Part shown: piece after piece, positions 15,351 to 25,565 of the stretch
Position numbering within the stretch: the first letter of the stretch is position 1
Layout: every line of letters starts with the position of its first letter
From: Candidatus Woesearchaeota archaeon
Lineage (GTDB): Archaea; Nanobdellota; Nanobdellia; Woesearchaeales; ARS49
Assembly: GCA_038868995.1 (NCBI GenBank)
Contig: JAWCRZ010000002.1
Span: 24,726-88,725 of the forward strand
DNA: 64,000 nucleotides
Direction of reading: 5' to 3'
The notes under the pieces: model-generated
What the model was told of the DNA's origin: nothing
What the model saw: only the letters and a program-made list of their open reading frames with translations
Databases searched by the model: none
Made by a program: the position numbers and the translations under genes

Positions 15351-17552
15351 GTGGCAAAAGAGGGAGCAAAGAAGTTAGTGTTTGCTGGCTTGATTCTTGT
15401 TATAGCTCTTTCTGTGGTTTTTGTGTGGCAGAATGATGCGCCGAAGTATGTTGTTCTGACAGGTCTTCAGGTGTATGAGCCGGCTGTCTTGGGAATTACG
15501 AATGTTTCTCCAGGTTTTGTACATCAGGCAGCCACGGTTCAGTTGAATGTTACCGGTACTGGTTTTAATTCGAGCGCTGTTTTGTTTTTTTCAAATCCTG
15601 ATATTTCTGTTCTTTCTCTTGTCGTTGTTAATTCCACTCTTGTTGAAGTTAATGTTTCTGTTGCGATTAATGTCTCTCCTGGATTTTATGATGTAACAAT
15701 TAATCAGATAACTGATGAATCAACTTTGCCTGCTGCATTGGAAGTTCTTGAGGGGCCTTTTGATGTTTCAACGCTGACTAATGTAACTCCTGATGATGGT
15801 TATATTAATACAAGTGAGACGTTGAATCTTACGTATAATATTACGACTGCTTCGGGTGTTGATAAGTCAAGTGTGAACGTGATAGGTGGTTGGATTAATA
15901 TTACTAATTTGAACACGTCCAACTGGACTGTTCTGAATATGACGAGTGCTATCGACCCTGAGGGCACGTTTACTGTTCAGTTTGAAGAGCACACGTTCAT
16001 AGAAGAGGGTTATTATTTGGGCGAGATGTATCTTGACTTGGAAGTTGATGGTGAGTATGTCGAGCGGGAGTATTATGTGTATTTTGGTGTTGGTGATATT
16101 ATTATTTTTAGTTTCTGTGGTGATTTCATTATTGAGCCGTTTTTTGGCGAGGAGTGTGACCCGGCCGGCGCTGCATGTGGCATTTGTACGGATAATGGCC
16201 AGCCGTGTGTTCCAGGTGGTGATACTGGTCTTTGTGCCGACCCGTTTGATCCTGATGTTTGCGTGCCTACTGGTGATGTGTGCGACCCGGTTTGTAAGTG
16301 CCAGCCGTTGTGCACTGAGCCGGAGTTTGTTTCATTTGACTGTACTGAGAATGCGCAGTTTGAATGCCCGTTGTCTGTTCCTCCTTTAACGCTTTGTTCG
16401 TTTGGAAATGCTGTTCTGTGTTGCGGTGGAATTGATGCTTTTAGCAACCCGTTCACTCCAAGCTATAATTTTGGCCCGTGCTCTCCGTTTGATGTATTTT
16501 CTGGTGGTTGTGAGACGGCAAGTTTGAACGTTGAGGGTTGTGATGAAACTTGTGTGAAAGTAACTGTGTGTGGTGATGATATTGTTGAGGGTGCCGAGCA
16601 GTGTGACCCTCCTGGTTCTGATTGCACGGCTCCATTTAGTGGCACGTGTGAAATTGATTGTCAGTGCCCTGGAGGCGTAATTGCTGATTCCGTGGGCATT
16701 TCAGCCGGGCAGCCGGAGCCGGAAATAGACCCGAACCTTGTTGTTGTTCTTCCGATTGGAAAGAAGTGTTGTACTGCTTTGCCGACTCCCAGTCCGACGC
16801 CTCCTCCTTTAGTTGGAGGCGGTGGTGGTGGCGGTGGTGGCAGGCCGTGTTATTTTGAAGTTATTGATATTTCTTCCGATGGCAAATCCACCACTATTCA
16901 TTTTGCCTCAAAGCCTAATTGTCCTTTGACAGTCTCGCTTGGCGGGCGTACGTTCAACGTAATAAAGCAGGATATTACGGTTACTGTTCCTTTCTATCCT
17001 GGTCCTAATGTTCCTGTTTTCGTTAATGGAAGGAAAATCGGAGAAACGCCCGAGGTTGTTCCTAAAGTTGAGATTCCCGCGCCTGTTCCAATGCCTGCTG
17101 CTCCTCCGTTCGTGACGCCTCCGAAGAAGGCGTGTCCGGAAGCTGCTTGTGTGCCGTTGCCTTATGGAATGGGGGTCCGTGATGATGTGTTGAGCGTAGC
17201 ATTTGGTGTTGATGTTGTTCCTTGTTCGCAGATTGATGTGACTGTTCTTGATTTGCTGGCATTGGTTGGCGATGCATCTGACAAGGCGCGATACGAACTG
17301 GTTAAAAGGTGCTGTCCGTGCCCGGTGATTGAGTATCCTGCTGCGCCGTGTCCGGCTTCGCGGTGTGAAAAAACTCTGAGCGGTGAACTTGGAGTTCGTG
17401 ATAGCTTGCTTAGTGCCCTGCATGGTGTGGCTGTTGTGCCGTGTTCTGTTATCGACATTTATGCTCTTGATTTGCTGGCATTGACTGGTGACGCTTCTGA
17501 CAAGGCTCGTTATCAGGCTGTAAATGCTTGCTGTCCGAAGCCCTGTCCGTAG
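15351..17552 (+). CDS. Cys-rich cell-surface protein (N-terminal TM, Ig/IPT-like region, Gly linker, two C-terminal repeats)
   Basis: Hydrophobic N-terminus, many NxS/T sequons, CGD...EECD motifs, duplicated GVRD...GDASDKARY...CC unit. Confidence 0.8.
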   Translation: MAKEGAKKLVFAGLILVIALSVVFVWQNDAPKYVVLTGLQVYEPAVLGITNVSPGFVHQAATVQLNVTGTGFNSSAVLFFSNPDISVLSLVVVNSTLVEVNVSVAINVSPGFYDVTINQITDESTLPAALEVLEGPFDVSTLTNVTPDDGYINTSETLNLTYNITTASGVDKSSVNVIGGWINITNLNTSNWTVLNMTSAIDPEGTFTVQFEEHTFIEEGYYLGEMYLDLEVDGEYVEREYYVYFGVGDIIIFSFCGDFIIEPFFGEECDPAGAACGICTDNGQPCVPGGDTGLCADPFDPDVCVPTGDVCDPVCKCQPLCTEPEFVSFDCTENAQFECPLSVPPLTLCSFGNAVLCCGGIDAFSNPFTPSYNFGPCSPFDVFSGGCETASLNVEGCDETCVKVTVCGDDIVEGAEQCDPPGSDCTAPFSGTCEIDCQCPGGVIADSVGISAGQPEPEIDPNLVVVLPIGKKCCTALPTPSPTPPPLVGGGGGGGGGRPCYFEVIDISSDGKSTTIHFASKPNCPLTVSLGGRTFNVIKQDITVTVPFYPGPNVPVFVNGRKIGETPEVVPKVEIPAPVPMPAAPPFVTPPKKACPEAACVPLPYGMGVRDDVLSVAFGVDVVPCSQIDVTVLDLLALVGDASDKARYELVKRCCPCPVIEYPAAPCPASRCEKTLSGELGVRDSLLSALHGVAVVPCSVIDIYALDLLALTGDASDKARYQAVNACCPKPCP

Positions 17553-17603
17553 AAAAGTTTAAATACTTCAACCCATTTTATAGCCACATAAAGGTGGTAA
17601 CAA

Positions 17604-18497
17604 ATGCTGAAATTGGAGCTTTCTGATGTTGTAAGAAAGGCAGCGATGGGCTTAGGTCTTGGAGTGCTCTTTTCTCAGGTAGACCCACAAGCGGTTGCCG
17701 CGCCTTCGGCTACTCATTCTCAGGACAGCGAAAAGCAGGATGAAAAGAAGCCTTACAAGAACAAGATAACTTACGAGCAAGCTAAGAAAGGTAGCAAAAA
17801 GACAAAGCGCGATTATATTATTGGAAAGATGTACGAGATGGGCATTCTGTATCACAAAGACCATTGCCCTGATGGTCATGTGGGTGACGTGTTTGATTTT
17901 GATGATAAATCTGATAAGAAAAGATTAGAGAAAAGGTTGGATGAAGAGTTAAAGTTTAATCCAGCATTATATAAGGCTGGTTTTGAAGAAGCGCGCGAGA
18001 GCAAATTAGCGTATCATTGCCGGGATCCTCCTGGCCAAAATGAAAGACTGCCATTTATCGTATTCTATTTGGAAGAAATATTTCCAGCAAAAGGCGAGGC
18101 AACTTCAGAAGATGAAATCACAAGCCGGCTAAGATATCTTAAGGCCAGTACTGAATATTTCAATACGGCAATATTTTTCGGGAAAAAGATGCCGCTTGCA
18201 AATGCCAGTATGAAGTTTCGGAGAGATACTGTGGGTTCTCTCTATGCCGGTTATGCACAACTTTCTAAGATAATTGACAATACGGATAAAGTGTCGGATG
18301 CTACAAGGCAGGATGTGCTGGAAAGATACTTGCACAATTATTACAACTGCATGAGGTGCTTTGAAATCAGAGAAGATGAAACGGTGCAAGAATTCGTAAA
18401 GCATGTTGTTGATAATATTAATTCAGGCATGAGGCAGCTCGGTTATGTTCACAAGTACGATGAAATAAAAAAAGAGTGGTCTTTGGAAAAAGAATAA
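17604..18497 (+). CDS. Hypothetical protein with possible signal sequence
   Basis: 297 aa ORF, A-richer codon use than neighbours. Confidence 0.7.
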   Translation: MLKLELSDVVRKAAMGLGLGVLFSQVDPQAVAAPSATHSQDSEKQDEKKPYKNKITYEQAKKGSKKTKRDYIIGKMYEMGILYHKDHCPDGHVGDVFDFDDKSDKKRLEKRLDEELKFNPALYKAGFEEARESKLAYHCRDPPGQNERLPFIVFYLEEIFPAKGEATSEDEITSRLRYLKASTEYFNTAIFFGKKMPLANASMKFRRDTVGSLYAGYAQLSKIIDNTDKVSDATRQDVLERYLHNYYNCMRCFEIREDETVQEFVKHVVDNINSGMRQLGYVHKYDEIKKEWSLEKE

Positions 18498-18543
18498 TGT
18501 TTAAATAGTAGTCTTTCTGATTTCCCTCTTAAAAGAGGGAATT

Positions 18544-21500
18544 TTGATGAATCGCTTAATAAGTGGGCTTTCAGTTTTATTGGTTATAGCCCTTGGACTG
18601 AACGTCTTTCTTTACGAAGCCAGGGCTCAAGCGTCTCAATCACCTGTTGGTTATGAGAGGTATATTCCGGCCGTTTCTGCTCTTTGCCCCACTGTGGTTA
18701 TGGAGTGTGCCAAGGACAAGCCAGGCGTAAAGTCCGAGGAAATCAAGAAGCTGAAGCTTCTTGAGCTTATAAAGACTGGCAAGATGGCTCCAGGAACCGG
18801 TGGCACTTTGCTTGAAAAAGACATTCCTACCGATACTTTGGAATGTGATGATCCTAAGTGGGAAGAGTGGTGTAAATCAGGGCAAGCGAGCGCGACGGCA
18901 AATACTTTATGTGAAAAGCGCAAGGAGTGCTGTGGTGTCTGCCTGAAGAAACCAGAAGCAGTATTTTCTCCGCTGATCCGACAGGAATTCCTGAAGAAAG
19001 TGAAACCTGGTGCCACAATGCTGCAAGAGGATATTCCTGGTGACAAGCTCGCATGCGATGATAAGCGCTGGGGTGATTTATGCAAGCCAGGCAGTTATAC
19101 GTCAGCATATCTGTGCCAGTTGCTGGAAAGGTGTTGTATGCCCGCTGTTTGTACGAAAGAGCCTCCAGGTGTCCAATCTAAAGATATCAAAGATAGGCTG
19201 ATGACTGAAAAAGGAATTAAGCCTGGAATGACAGTGCCTGCTGCCGACGTACCAAGCGATATTCTGACATGCGCTGATAAAAAATGGGATGAATGGTGTA
19301 AGAATCCAGAGGATCCTTTGTGTAAAAAGCGAAGCGAATGTTGTGTTGACTGCATCAAAAATCCTGATGGTGTGATGTCTCCTGAAATATCAAAAGTTCA
19401 GTTTGAGGCGCGTCCATTCGGAACAGTGCCTGCTTCTACCGCAGCGCGTAAAATTCTTTTATGTGATGCTCCTGAGTGGGGTCCATTGTGTAATCCCAAT
19501 AATCAGAAATACGACAAGGATAACCCTCTTACGAAACTTCTTTGTCCTGCAAAAGAAAGATGTTGTCCGCTAACAGTAGAACCAGCCAAACAGCCAGGTG
19601 GGCTACCAAAGCCTTCGTTGGATGAAGAATGGAGTTGTGTATCTGTTGATAGAGCTGGCGAGAAAGGAGCTGGCAAGGAAAAATTAGTCATTAAACACAA
19701 AAATATACCTTTGGGAGCTGGGCAATATTTAGAAATGGAGCCTACGTGCGATTCTGCAAAACAGACACGCGACGCTTTGAGCAAAACTCCAGTATTTGGT
19801 TTTGCTGAAGCTGCGAACATTGCCAGATTGCTTGGTGAGATTGACGTTGCAATTGCCAAATGCTGCCCAGTGCAAACATGTCCTCCTACAGCGCAGGAAA
19901 AGCTTCCTAACGGCGCTCCGAATCCGTGCATGGATGCGAAGAAACGTGTGCCGATTGTGCATTTCGAGTTCGGCGGTAAGAAAAAGCTGAATCCTTGCTG
20001 TGACCCCCAGACGTGTATGCCACAGGTTGGTGTTTGCGGCTGTTGCAGCATGGATGCCAAGGGAAACCCTACTGGCACGTTCCTGCAGGGAAGGCATGCA
20101 AGTGGTCTTGTTGATATATTTGACCAGAACGGGAACATGGTTGGCAAGACAGATTGTTGTCCCGGCTCTGCTTGTCGCATTACTTTTACAACAATTTCTG
20201 AAAAAGCGTGCGTGAGAAACAAGTGTATTTGTGATATAGACAGCTTCCAGATTACCGGGCCGCCAATTCAAAGACCTATTCCAGGTGGGTTTATTATACA
20301 TGCATTTCAAGGTGTGCCTGTGAGGGATGTTTCAGACCAATTCTATGGAAGAAACATGTGGGGTTTGGCTCGTCCCAACAAGGCTGCTACGTGCAATGAT
20401 CAGGTCGCGTATGATCCGTTTGTAACAAAGAAAAATTGGAAGGAGGCTGTTGCCGCTTGCAATCCTTCTCCTCCAGGCGTGCAGCCGTGTCCACCTTGGA
20501 TTGCAGCCTTGTTCCCTAAGCTGTGCGGTCTTCCTGTTGGTCCTGGTCCTGATGTAAATCCAACCTCTGTGCCTGAGAATGGTCACTCAGTTGTAATCGT
20601 TGACTATCCTCCGCCTATCGAGGGCCCAACAAGCACTACCACGCAGACTTTTGGCAACGTGCAGCAGGTGAATGTTGCTCCGCCGTTGAACAATAAGGTT
20701 GCGTGTGCTGTTGCTGTTGGTCCTGGCAGGATTTCTGTTGCTCCTGAAGTGCAAGCACCTGCTGGTTGTACTCCTGTTATGTCTTTCTCGTGCTCTGGAG
20801 ACCAATTGCAGGCTGGTCTTATGGTTCCTGCTGATGTTATGGTGACTGGCGCGTATGTTGTGAAAAATGGCCGGTCAAGTCCGGTGCCAGTAAGCCATAC
20901 TTCTGGTCCTACCTGCGGCAGTATTTCATTGACCGATATTCGTTCCAATCAGATTGCGAATGCTGCGCCGTCTTCTTATAGTCCTGAGAAATTCACTCCG
21001 ATTGTAAGGCGTGAGCGTGCTATCACGCACGCTGATGTTGACAAGTCTCTGTCTACAGAGGGTGCAGACATAATTAAGATTGAATTGTTGGAGCCTTCTG
21101 ATGTTACAGTTACAATTGATAATGTTGACCGCGTGTTGCCTGCTCCGGAAAACCCGAGCTTGCGCTTGTTCAAGCCATTCAAGGTTTTATTCGCGCCTGA
21201 ATACAAGAATGGTATTCAGGTAACTGGCAAGTTGAACGTGCCGTTGTACATTGACCGTTCTTCTGTTGGCTTGTATGCTTTGGCGGGTGATTCTTGGTTC
21301 CCGATTCTTACTGGTCGTGAGGATAATTCGTATGTTGCAATTATTAATGATTTGAGGCCTTATATGACTGATAATCAGGTAACTTTTGCTTGGATGGGTG
21401 CGCATTGCCCAACCTGCCCTTCTGAAAAGCTTGAGTTGGTCTATGATGGTGGCGGCAGTGTGGCTGTTGTGTTTGTTCATGGTCTCACAAATGACAGGAC

Positions 21501-22617
21501 TCGCTTCCAGCCGGTTATTGACAGGGCGATTGTGACTAAAGCGCCGTATAAGCTTTACACTTTCAGTTATCAGTTTGATAAGTCTGTGGAGAGTGTTGCG
21601 CAGGAGTTTGCACGCCAGCTTAATGTGAATAGTGCTGAATGGTCTCGTGCGTATATCGTGTCTCATTCTGTTGGTGGTCCTTTGTCCCAGCTTGCTGTTA
21701 ATCACGCGCGCAATAATGGTTATTCTGTTGCTGGCAAGGTGCGTAAGCTTATTATGGCTGGTCAGCCGGGATTGGGTAGCCCTATTGCTGTTTACTTGAA
21801 GCTTTTGTCATGGCTCCCCACACAGAATAGCATTGCTACGCTTTTCGGCACTGATACGCCTTTCTATAGTTTGGCTGTTAATGGCTTGCAGGTAAATCAG
21901 AATCCTGGCACTGAGCCGGTAGTTATTGTGGGTACAAAGGAATTATTGCTCACTCAGGCTGATTTTGTTGAGGCGAATGATGGTGTTGTAGCTGGTACGA
22001 GCGCTGCACGCGTTCACAATCGTGATTTGAGCGCTGAACGGTGCAGCAATTATTTTGAGGTTTATGAAAATCATCTTGAGCTTATCTGGGCGCCTGGCAG
22101 TGTGTGGACTGTGTGGCACGTTATTGCTGAGGATGTTGCCACTCCTGATGCTCGTGTTGTTGAAGTTCAGGACGTTAGCCTTGGCGTTGTTGACTGCAAG
22201 CAGGGCGATGTTATCGTTTTGTGCGGAGAGCGGGTTTCGCAGGAGGCAGCGTTTGATGCTACTATGTGCAAGTGTGGCAATGGTGTTTGTGGCGTTGGTG
22301 AGAATTCTGATAATTGTCCTGCTGATTGTCCGACCGAGTACGCGTTCCTCTACTTGTGCAGGCTTTCGCCGTATGTTGTTTATCCTCTGCTTGTTATCTT
22401 CCTGCTCATCACGTCATTGTTTTCCTATAATGCAATCAAGCGTCATGAGCGCTCGAAGAACCTTACCAAGTTGTTCGTAATTGCGTTTGTGTTGCTTGGC
22501 CTTGTTGGATTGGCGAATTTAATCTGTGGTGTGCCGATGGTTATGGCTTACGTGATTAGCGGTTTCAGCATTATTCTTTTAATTCTGGCGCGCGCGCATG
22601 GCAGGCCCATTTATTAG
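18544..22617 (+). CDS. Large Cys-rich surface protein with alpha/beta hydrolase (lipase/PGAP1-like) domain and C-terminal TM anchors
   Basis: Signal peptide, four Cys repeats, VFVHGL, SHSVGG, NDGVV, CGNGVC...NCPADC, three TM helices. Confidence 0.85.
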   Translation: MMNRLISGLSVLLVIALGLNVFLYEARAQASQSPVGYERYIPAVSALCPTVVMECAKDKPGVKSEEIKKLKLLELIKTGKMAPGTGGTLLEKDIPTDTLECDDPKWEEWCKSGQASATANTLCEKRKECCGVCLKKPEAVFSPLIRQEFLKKVKPGATMLQEDIPGDKLACDDKRWGDLCKPGSYTSAYLCQLLERCCMPAVCTKEPPGVQSKDIKDRLMTEKGIKPGMTVPAADVPSDILTCADKKWDEWCKNPEDPLCKKRSECCVDCIKNPDGVMSPEISKVQFEARPFGTVPASTAARKILLCDAPEWGPLCNPNNQKYDKDNPLTKLLCPAKERCCPLTVEPAKQPGGLPKPSLDEEWSCVSVDRAGEKGAGKEKLVIKHKNIPLGAGQYLEMEPTCDSAKQTRDALSKTPVFGFAEAANIARLLGEIDVAIAKCCPVQTCPPTAQEKLPNGAPNPCMDAKKRVPIVHFEFGGKKKLNPCCDPQTCMPQVGVCGCCSMDAKGNPTGTFLQGRHASGLVDIFDQNGNMVGKTDCCPGSACRITFTTISEKACVRNKCICDIDSFQITGPPIQRPIPGGFIIHAFQGVPVRDVSDQFYGRNMWGLARPNKAATCNDQVAYDPFVTKKNWKEAVAACNPSPPGVQPCPPWIAALFPKLCGLPVGPGPDVNPTSVPENGHSVVIVDYPPPIEGPTSTTTQTFGNVQQVNVAPPLNNKVACAVAVGPGRISVAPEVQAPAGCTPVMSFSCSGDQLQAGLMVPADVMVTGAYVVKNGRSSPVPVSHTSGPTCGSISLTDIRSNQIANAAPSSYSPEKFTPIVRRERAITHADVDKSLSTEGADIIKIELLEPSDVTVTIDNVDRVLPAPENPSLRLFKPFKVLFAPEYKNGIQVTGKLNVPLYIDRSSVGLYALAGDSWFPILTGREDNSYVAIINDLRPYMTDNQVTFAWMGAHCPTCPSEKLELVYDGGGSVAVVFVHGLTNDRTRFQPVIDRAIVTKAPYKLYTFSYQFDKSVESVAQEFARQLNVNSAEWSRAYIVSHSVGGPLSQLAVNHARNNGYSVAGKVRKLIMAGQPGLGSPIAVYLKLLSWLPTQNSIATLFGTDTPFYSLAVNGLQVNQNPGTEPVVIVGTKELLLTQADFVEANDGVVAGTSAARVHNRDLSAERCSNYFEVYENHLELIWAPGSVWTVWHVIAEDVATPDARVVEVQDVSLGVVDCKQGDVIVLCGERVSQEAAFDATMCKCGNGVCGVGENSDNCPADCPTEYAFLYLCRLSPYVVYPLLVIFLLITSLFSYNAIKRHERSKNLTKLFVIAFVLLGLVGLANLICGVPMVMAYVISGFSIILLILARAHGRPIY

Positions 22618-22682
22618 TCTCGTCGATTTTTAATAGAAATCTTTTTAAATATTAAACTTTTATAATTATACCGAAAGGGGAG

Positions 22683-23134
22683 ATGAGGGTGAAGGTTCAT
22701 AGAGGTGTGGCGTGGTTATCCCTAAGACAGGTCAGACTGAGCCCGTAGTTTAATCTCTGCAGCTTTCTCTATTGTCTCTGGAGACTGGCCTTTTGTTTTG
22801 CTCCAATGAAAAGTGGAGCTTAATTTGTTCTGCGCCAGGCAGGCCTGCTGGCTCGCATAAAAAATCCCATGGCTCAGCAGTTGTGTGATGAATACAAGAA
22901 ATGTTGCCCTTGGCCAGCATTCCTGCTCCACCTATAGACATATTCAAGTCGTATTCTGTTGAGGAAAGCTGGAAATGTGACAGAACAACAGGGTGATTAA
23001 ACAAAAAGTGCCTGACTCTGCTAACCTTGGAAAGTCAAAAGAGAGCACGCATGACTGCAATTCAGCAGAAAATGCGCGGTCAGGCACAGAAAAGTGTTGA
23101 TGAAGAGATTAAACGCCTTGCAAAAGCTCTTTAA
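22683..23134 (+). pseudogene. Probable decayed gene
   Basis: SD-like GGGGAG plus ATG at 22683 after a TATA-like box, interrupted frames, terminal helix-like ...KSVDEEIKRLAKAL*. Confidence 0.35.
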
Positions 23135-23502
23135 AATCCAAAATACGCGTCAAGCGAATAGGCGCCTGCTCCCAAAAGCGCCAGTGCAAGGGCAACAATG
23201 GCGAGAATGAACGGGTATTCATATCCGAATTTTTCCTTGCCGATAAAGACGTCGTTCCATTTGAATTTGTGGAAGTAGAGCGCGCCGAGCATGTTTACAA
23301 AGAGTGCAAGTCCTGCAATCTGCGTTAAAAATCCAAGCAGGATTCCAAGCCCGCCGAAAAATTCTGCAATTGCAACAAGCGGGCTTAAAAAGCCGGTTGT
23401 TTCTTTCATTCCCATAGGGTTCTTTATTTTCGGCCAGCCGTGCATTATGAATATGATGCCAAGCCCGATTCTGAGCAGTAACAATGCAAAATCCTCGTAC
23501 AT
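23131..23502 (-). CDS. DoxX family membrane protein
   Basis: LLRIGLGIIFIMHGWPK, AEFFGGLG, GYEYP, GAGAYSLD. Confidence 0.9.
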   Translation of the reverse strand: MYEDFALLLLRIGLGIIFIMHGWPKIKNPMGMKETTGFLSPLVAIAEFFGGLGILLGFLTQIAGLALFVNMLGALYFHKFKWNDVFIGKEKFGYEYPFILAIVALALALLGAGAYSLDAYFGF

Positions 23503-23533
23503 AATTATCTGAAAATTAGGTGAATATTAAAAT

Positions 23534-24055
23534 TTATCGCAGCACATATACGATTGCCGGAGGCACATTCCTCACAGCTATTTTCCTGCTGATGTGCTTA
23601 AAGTGCCTTTTTAGATATGGCTCTCCGAGGGGTGTGTAATGGAATTGCACGTATGCGTGTTTCATTACTTTTTTGACTTCCTTCAATATCTTGACGTGTG
23701 CTTTCTCCGGCAACCCTATAAGTGGCAGCCCGCTGGTGATGTAATCCGCTTTATCGACATGTTTTGACAAATGCTGTGCATCTGCATGGATGACATGCAG
23801 CCTCTTGTCATCCCATTTTTTCAACTCATCGCAGAATTCCTTGCATATTTCAAGCGCGGTTAATTTAGCGTCAGGCCTCATTTTCCTCAATATCTCCTTC
23901 GTTATCGCCCCTGTTCCAGGTCCGAGTTCAACAATGTGCTTTGCTTTCTTGAAATTAATCGGGGCGACCATTGCTTTTACTAAAGCAGGGCTGCTTGGCA
24001 GTATTGCTCCTGTGCGGACAGGATTCTTGAGGAATTGCTTTAGGAAGTTTATCAT
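23534..24055 (-). CDS. PmtA-like SAM-dependent methyltransferase (paralog of 9008..9550)
   Basis: TGAILPSS, VELGPGTGAIT, SGLPL, YVQFHY, RNVPPA. Confidence 0.87.
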   Translation of the reverse strand: MINFLKQFLKNPVRTGAILPSSPALVKAMVAPINFKKAKHIVELGPGTGAITKEILRKMRPDAKLTALEICKEFCDELKKWDDKRLHVIHADAQHLSKHVDKADYITSGLPLIGLPEKAHVKILKEVKKVMKHAYVQFHYTPLGEPYLKRHFKHISRKIAVRNVPPAIVYVLR

Positions 24056-24111
24056 ATTCTTCGGTAAAAGACCAAAGTTTTTAAACCCTTGCAGGAAAAA
24101 TTATTAATAAA

Positions 24112-24226
24112 GGGCGTGTAGTCTAGTGGATAGGACGTTGGGCTTCGGTCAGCAGCTGCTATGAAGGCCTCTGAGCAATCTGTTGCAGGATACCCAAAAA
24201 CCGGGGTTCAAATCCTCGCACGCCCG
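24112..24226 (+). tRNA. tRNA-Arg(TCG) with 43-nt intron at 37/38 (24149-24191)
   Basis: Acceptor GGGCGTG/CACGCCC, anticodon stem TTGGG/CCCAA, TCG at 24145-24147, TTCAAAT T-loop, relaxed BHB. Confidence 0.92.
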
Positions 24227-24228
24227 TT

Positions 24229-24618
24229 TTATTCTGAGAATTTGTAGATTTTATCGTGGTGGTCGAATTCGTAAAAAATTATCTTGTCTTCTGTCTGGAT
24301 ATGTTTGAATATCAGAACGAATGGTCTGTTAATGTGCATTCTTTTGAAGTGTTAGAGGGGGTTCGTAAGTTTTTGTAACGATTAACATCTGCGCAGGTTA
24401 GAATTTCTTGAATTTTGCTTATGAGAATCTCGTATGTTTTTCTATTCTTCCTGCATAATGTTTTTACTTTTTTCGGCACCATTTTTTCGACGGAAAACAA
24501 ATTCAGGTCTTAATTCCGGTTCCATATGCTCTCTTTTGTATATGGTTACCACGAGTGTGATTGCTTCTGCCTTGTTTTTTAATTTATGCTGTGCTTTGAC
24601 GCTGATTCTTAGGCGCAT
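24229..24618 (-). pseudogene. Disrupted DUF2683-like antitoxin plus RelE-like toxin pair
   Basis: KAQHKLKNKAEAI...EPELRPEF, then YKNLR / frameshift / PL*HFKRMHINRPFVLIF...FDHHDKIY. Confidence 0.8.
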
Positions 24619-24722
24619 TAGTTTTAATCGCTTGCATAGGGGGAGAAGCGATGCTGTGGAGATATTTTCAACACGCTATATTACCCAAAAGCTTAAAGTA
24701 GCTGATAATCTATCACTCCGGT

Positions 24723-25103
24723 ATGAACAAGCAAGCTCTGGGGCTGTTAATGCTTCGCATCGGATTGGGCGGTGTCTTTTTATGGTTTGGCACGGATAAG
24801 TTTATTCATCCTGATATCTGGGTGAATTATATTCCTCAGTGGTTTCCGATGCCGGTCTCAACCGCAATATTTATCTTCTTGCTCGGTATTGCAGAGTCTA
24901 TTATGGGTGCCGCGGTATTGGCGGGCTTTTTCACGCGCGCTGCAGCAACTACGGCAGCATTGATGCTCATCCCGATCATAATTTCATTGGGTTATAACGA
25001 GATTGGCATCCGTGATTTCGGCTTGTTTATGCTCGCCGTGGGAATAGTTTTCCTTGGCGCGGGCGAATTCAGTGTTGATAAATTGCGAGGTGGTAAATTA
25101 TGA
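24723..25103 (+). CDS. DoxX family membrane protein
   Basis: LRIGLGGVFLWFGTDK, IRDFGL, GAGEFSVD. Confidence 0.85.
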   Translation: MNKQALGLLMLRIGLGGVFLWFGTDKFIHPDIWVNYIPQWFPMPVSTAIFIFLLGIAESIMGAAVLAGFFTRAAATTAALMLIPIIISLGYNEIGIRDFGLFMLAVGIVFLGAGEFSVDKLRGGKL

Positions 25104-25534
25104 AAAAACTGTTTGTATTGATTGCCTTGCTGGCAATATTGGTTGCGTGCGCTCCAGAGCAGCCGGTGCAGCCGCAGGTGCAGGTTGAGCCGCAGGCGCA
25201 GTTCAGGGTTAATCCGCCTGAACAAAAAGTTGAGGCAGTCGAGCCGCCTGCAAGGGTTGGAACAGCGCCTTCAGAGCCAAAGACGGTGAATGTTGACATT
25301 GTGAACTTTGCGTATGTTCCTGCTTCAGTGAAAATCAGGGTTGGCGACACTGTGACGTGGAAACAGGTTGACCGGATTAAGCACACCGTGACCATCGTTT
25401 CAGGTCCTGAATCGTTTGATTCCGGTCTTTTATCAGCCGGTCAGACGTTCAGCCATACTTTCACAAAGCCGGGAACGTATGTTTATAAGTGCACGCCTCA
25501 TCCGAGAATGACTGGCGAGATTGTTGTAGAATAA
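25100..25534 (+). CDS. Blue copper (cupredoxin; halocyanin/amicyanin-like) lipoprotein
   Basis: LVAC lipobox, GDTVTW, HTVT, YKCTPHPRM type-1 Cu ligands. Confidence 0.9.
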   Translation: MKKLFVLIALLAILVACAPEQPVQPQVQVEPQAQFRVNPPEQKVEAVEPPARVGTAPSEPKTVNVDIVNFAYVPASVKIRVGDTVTWKQVDRIKHTVTIVSGPESFDSGLLSAGQTFSHTFTKPGTYVYKCTPHPRMTGEIVVE

Positions 25535-25565
25535 TTTTTATATTCTTTTTTTTTCTCTTTCTATT

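Noticed and set aside
22958..23000. GAGGAAAG resembling the RNase P RNA 5' conserved motif
   Set aside because: Not followed by UCC and no matching 3' P4 strand found
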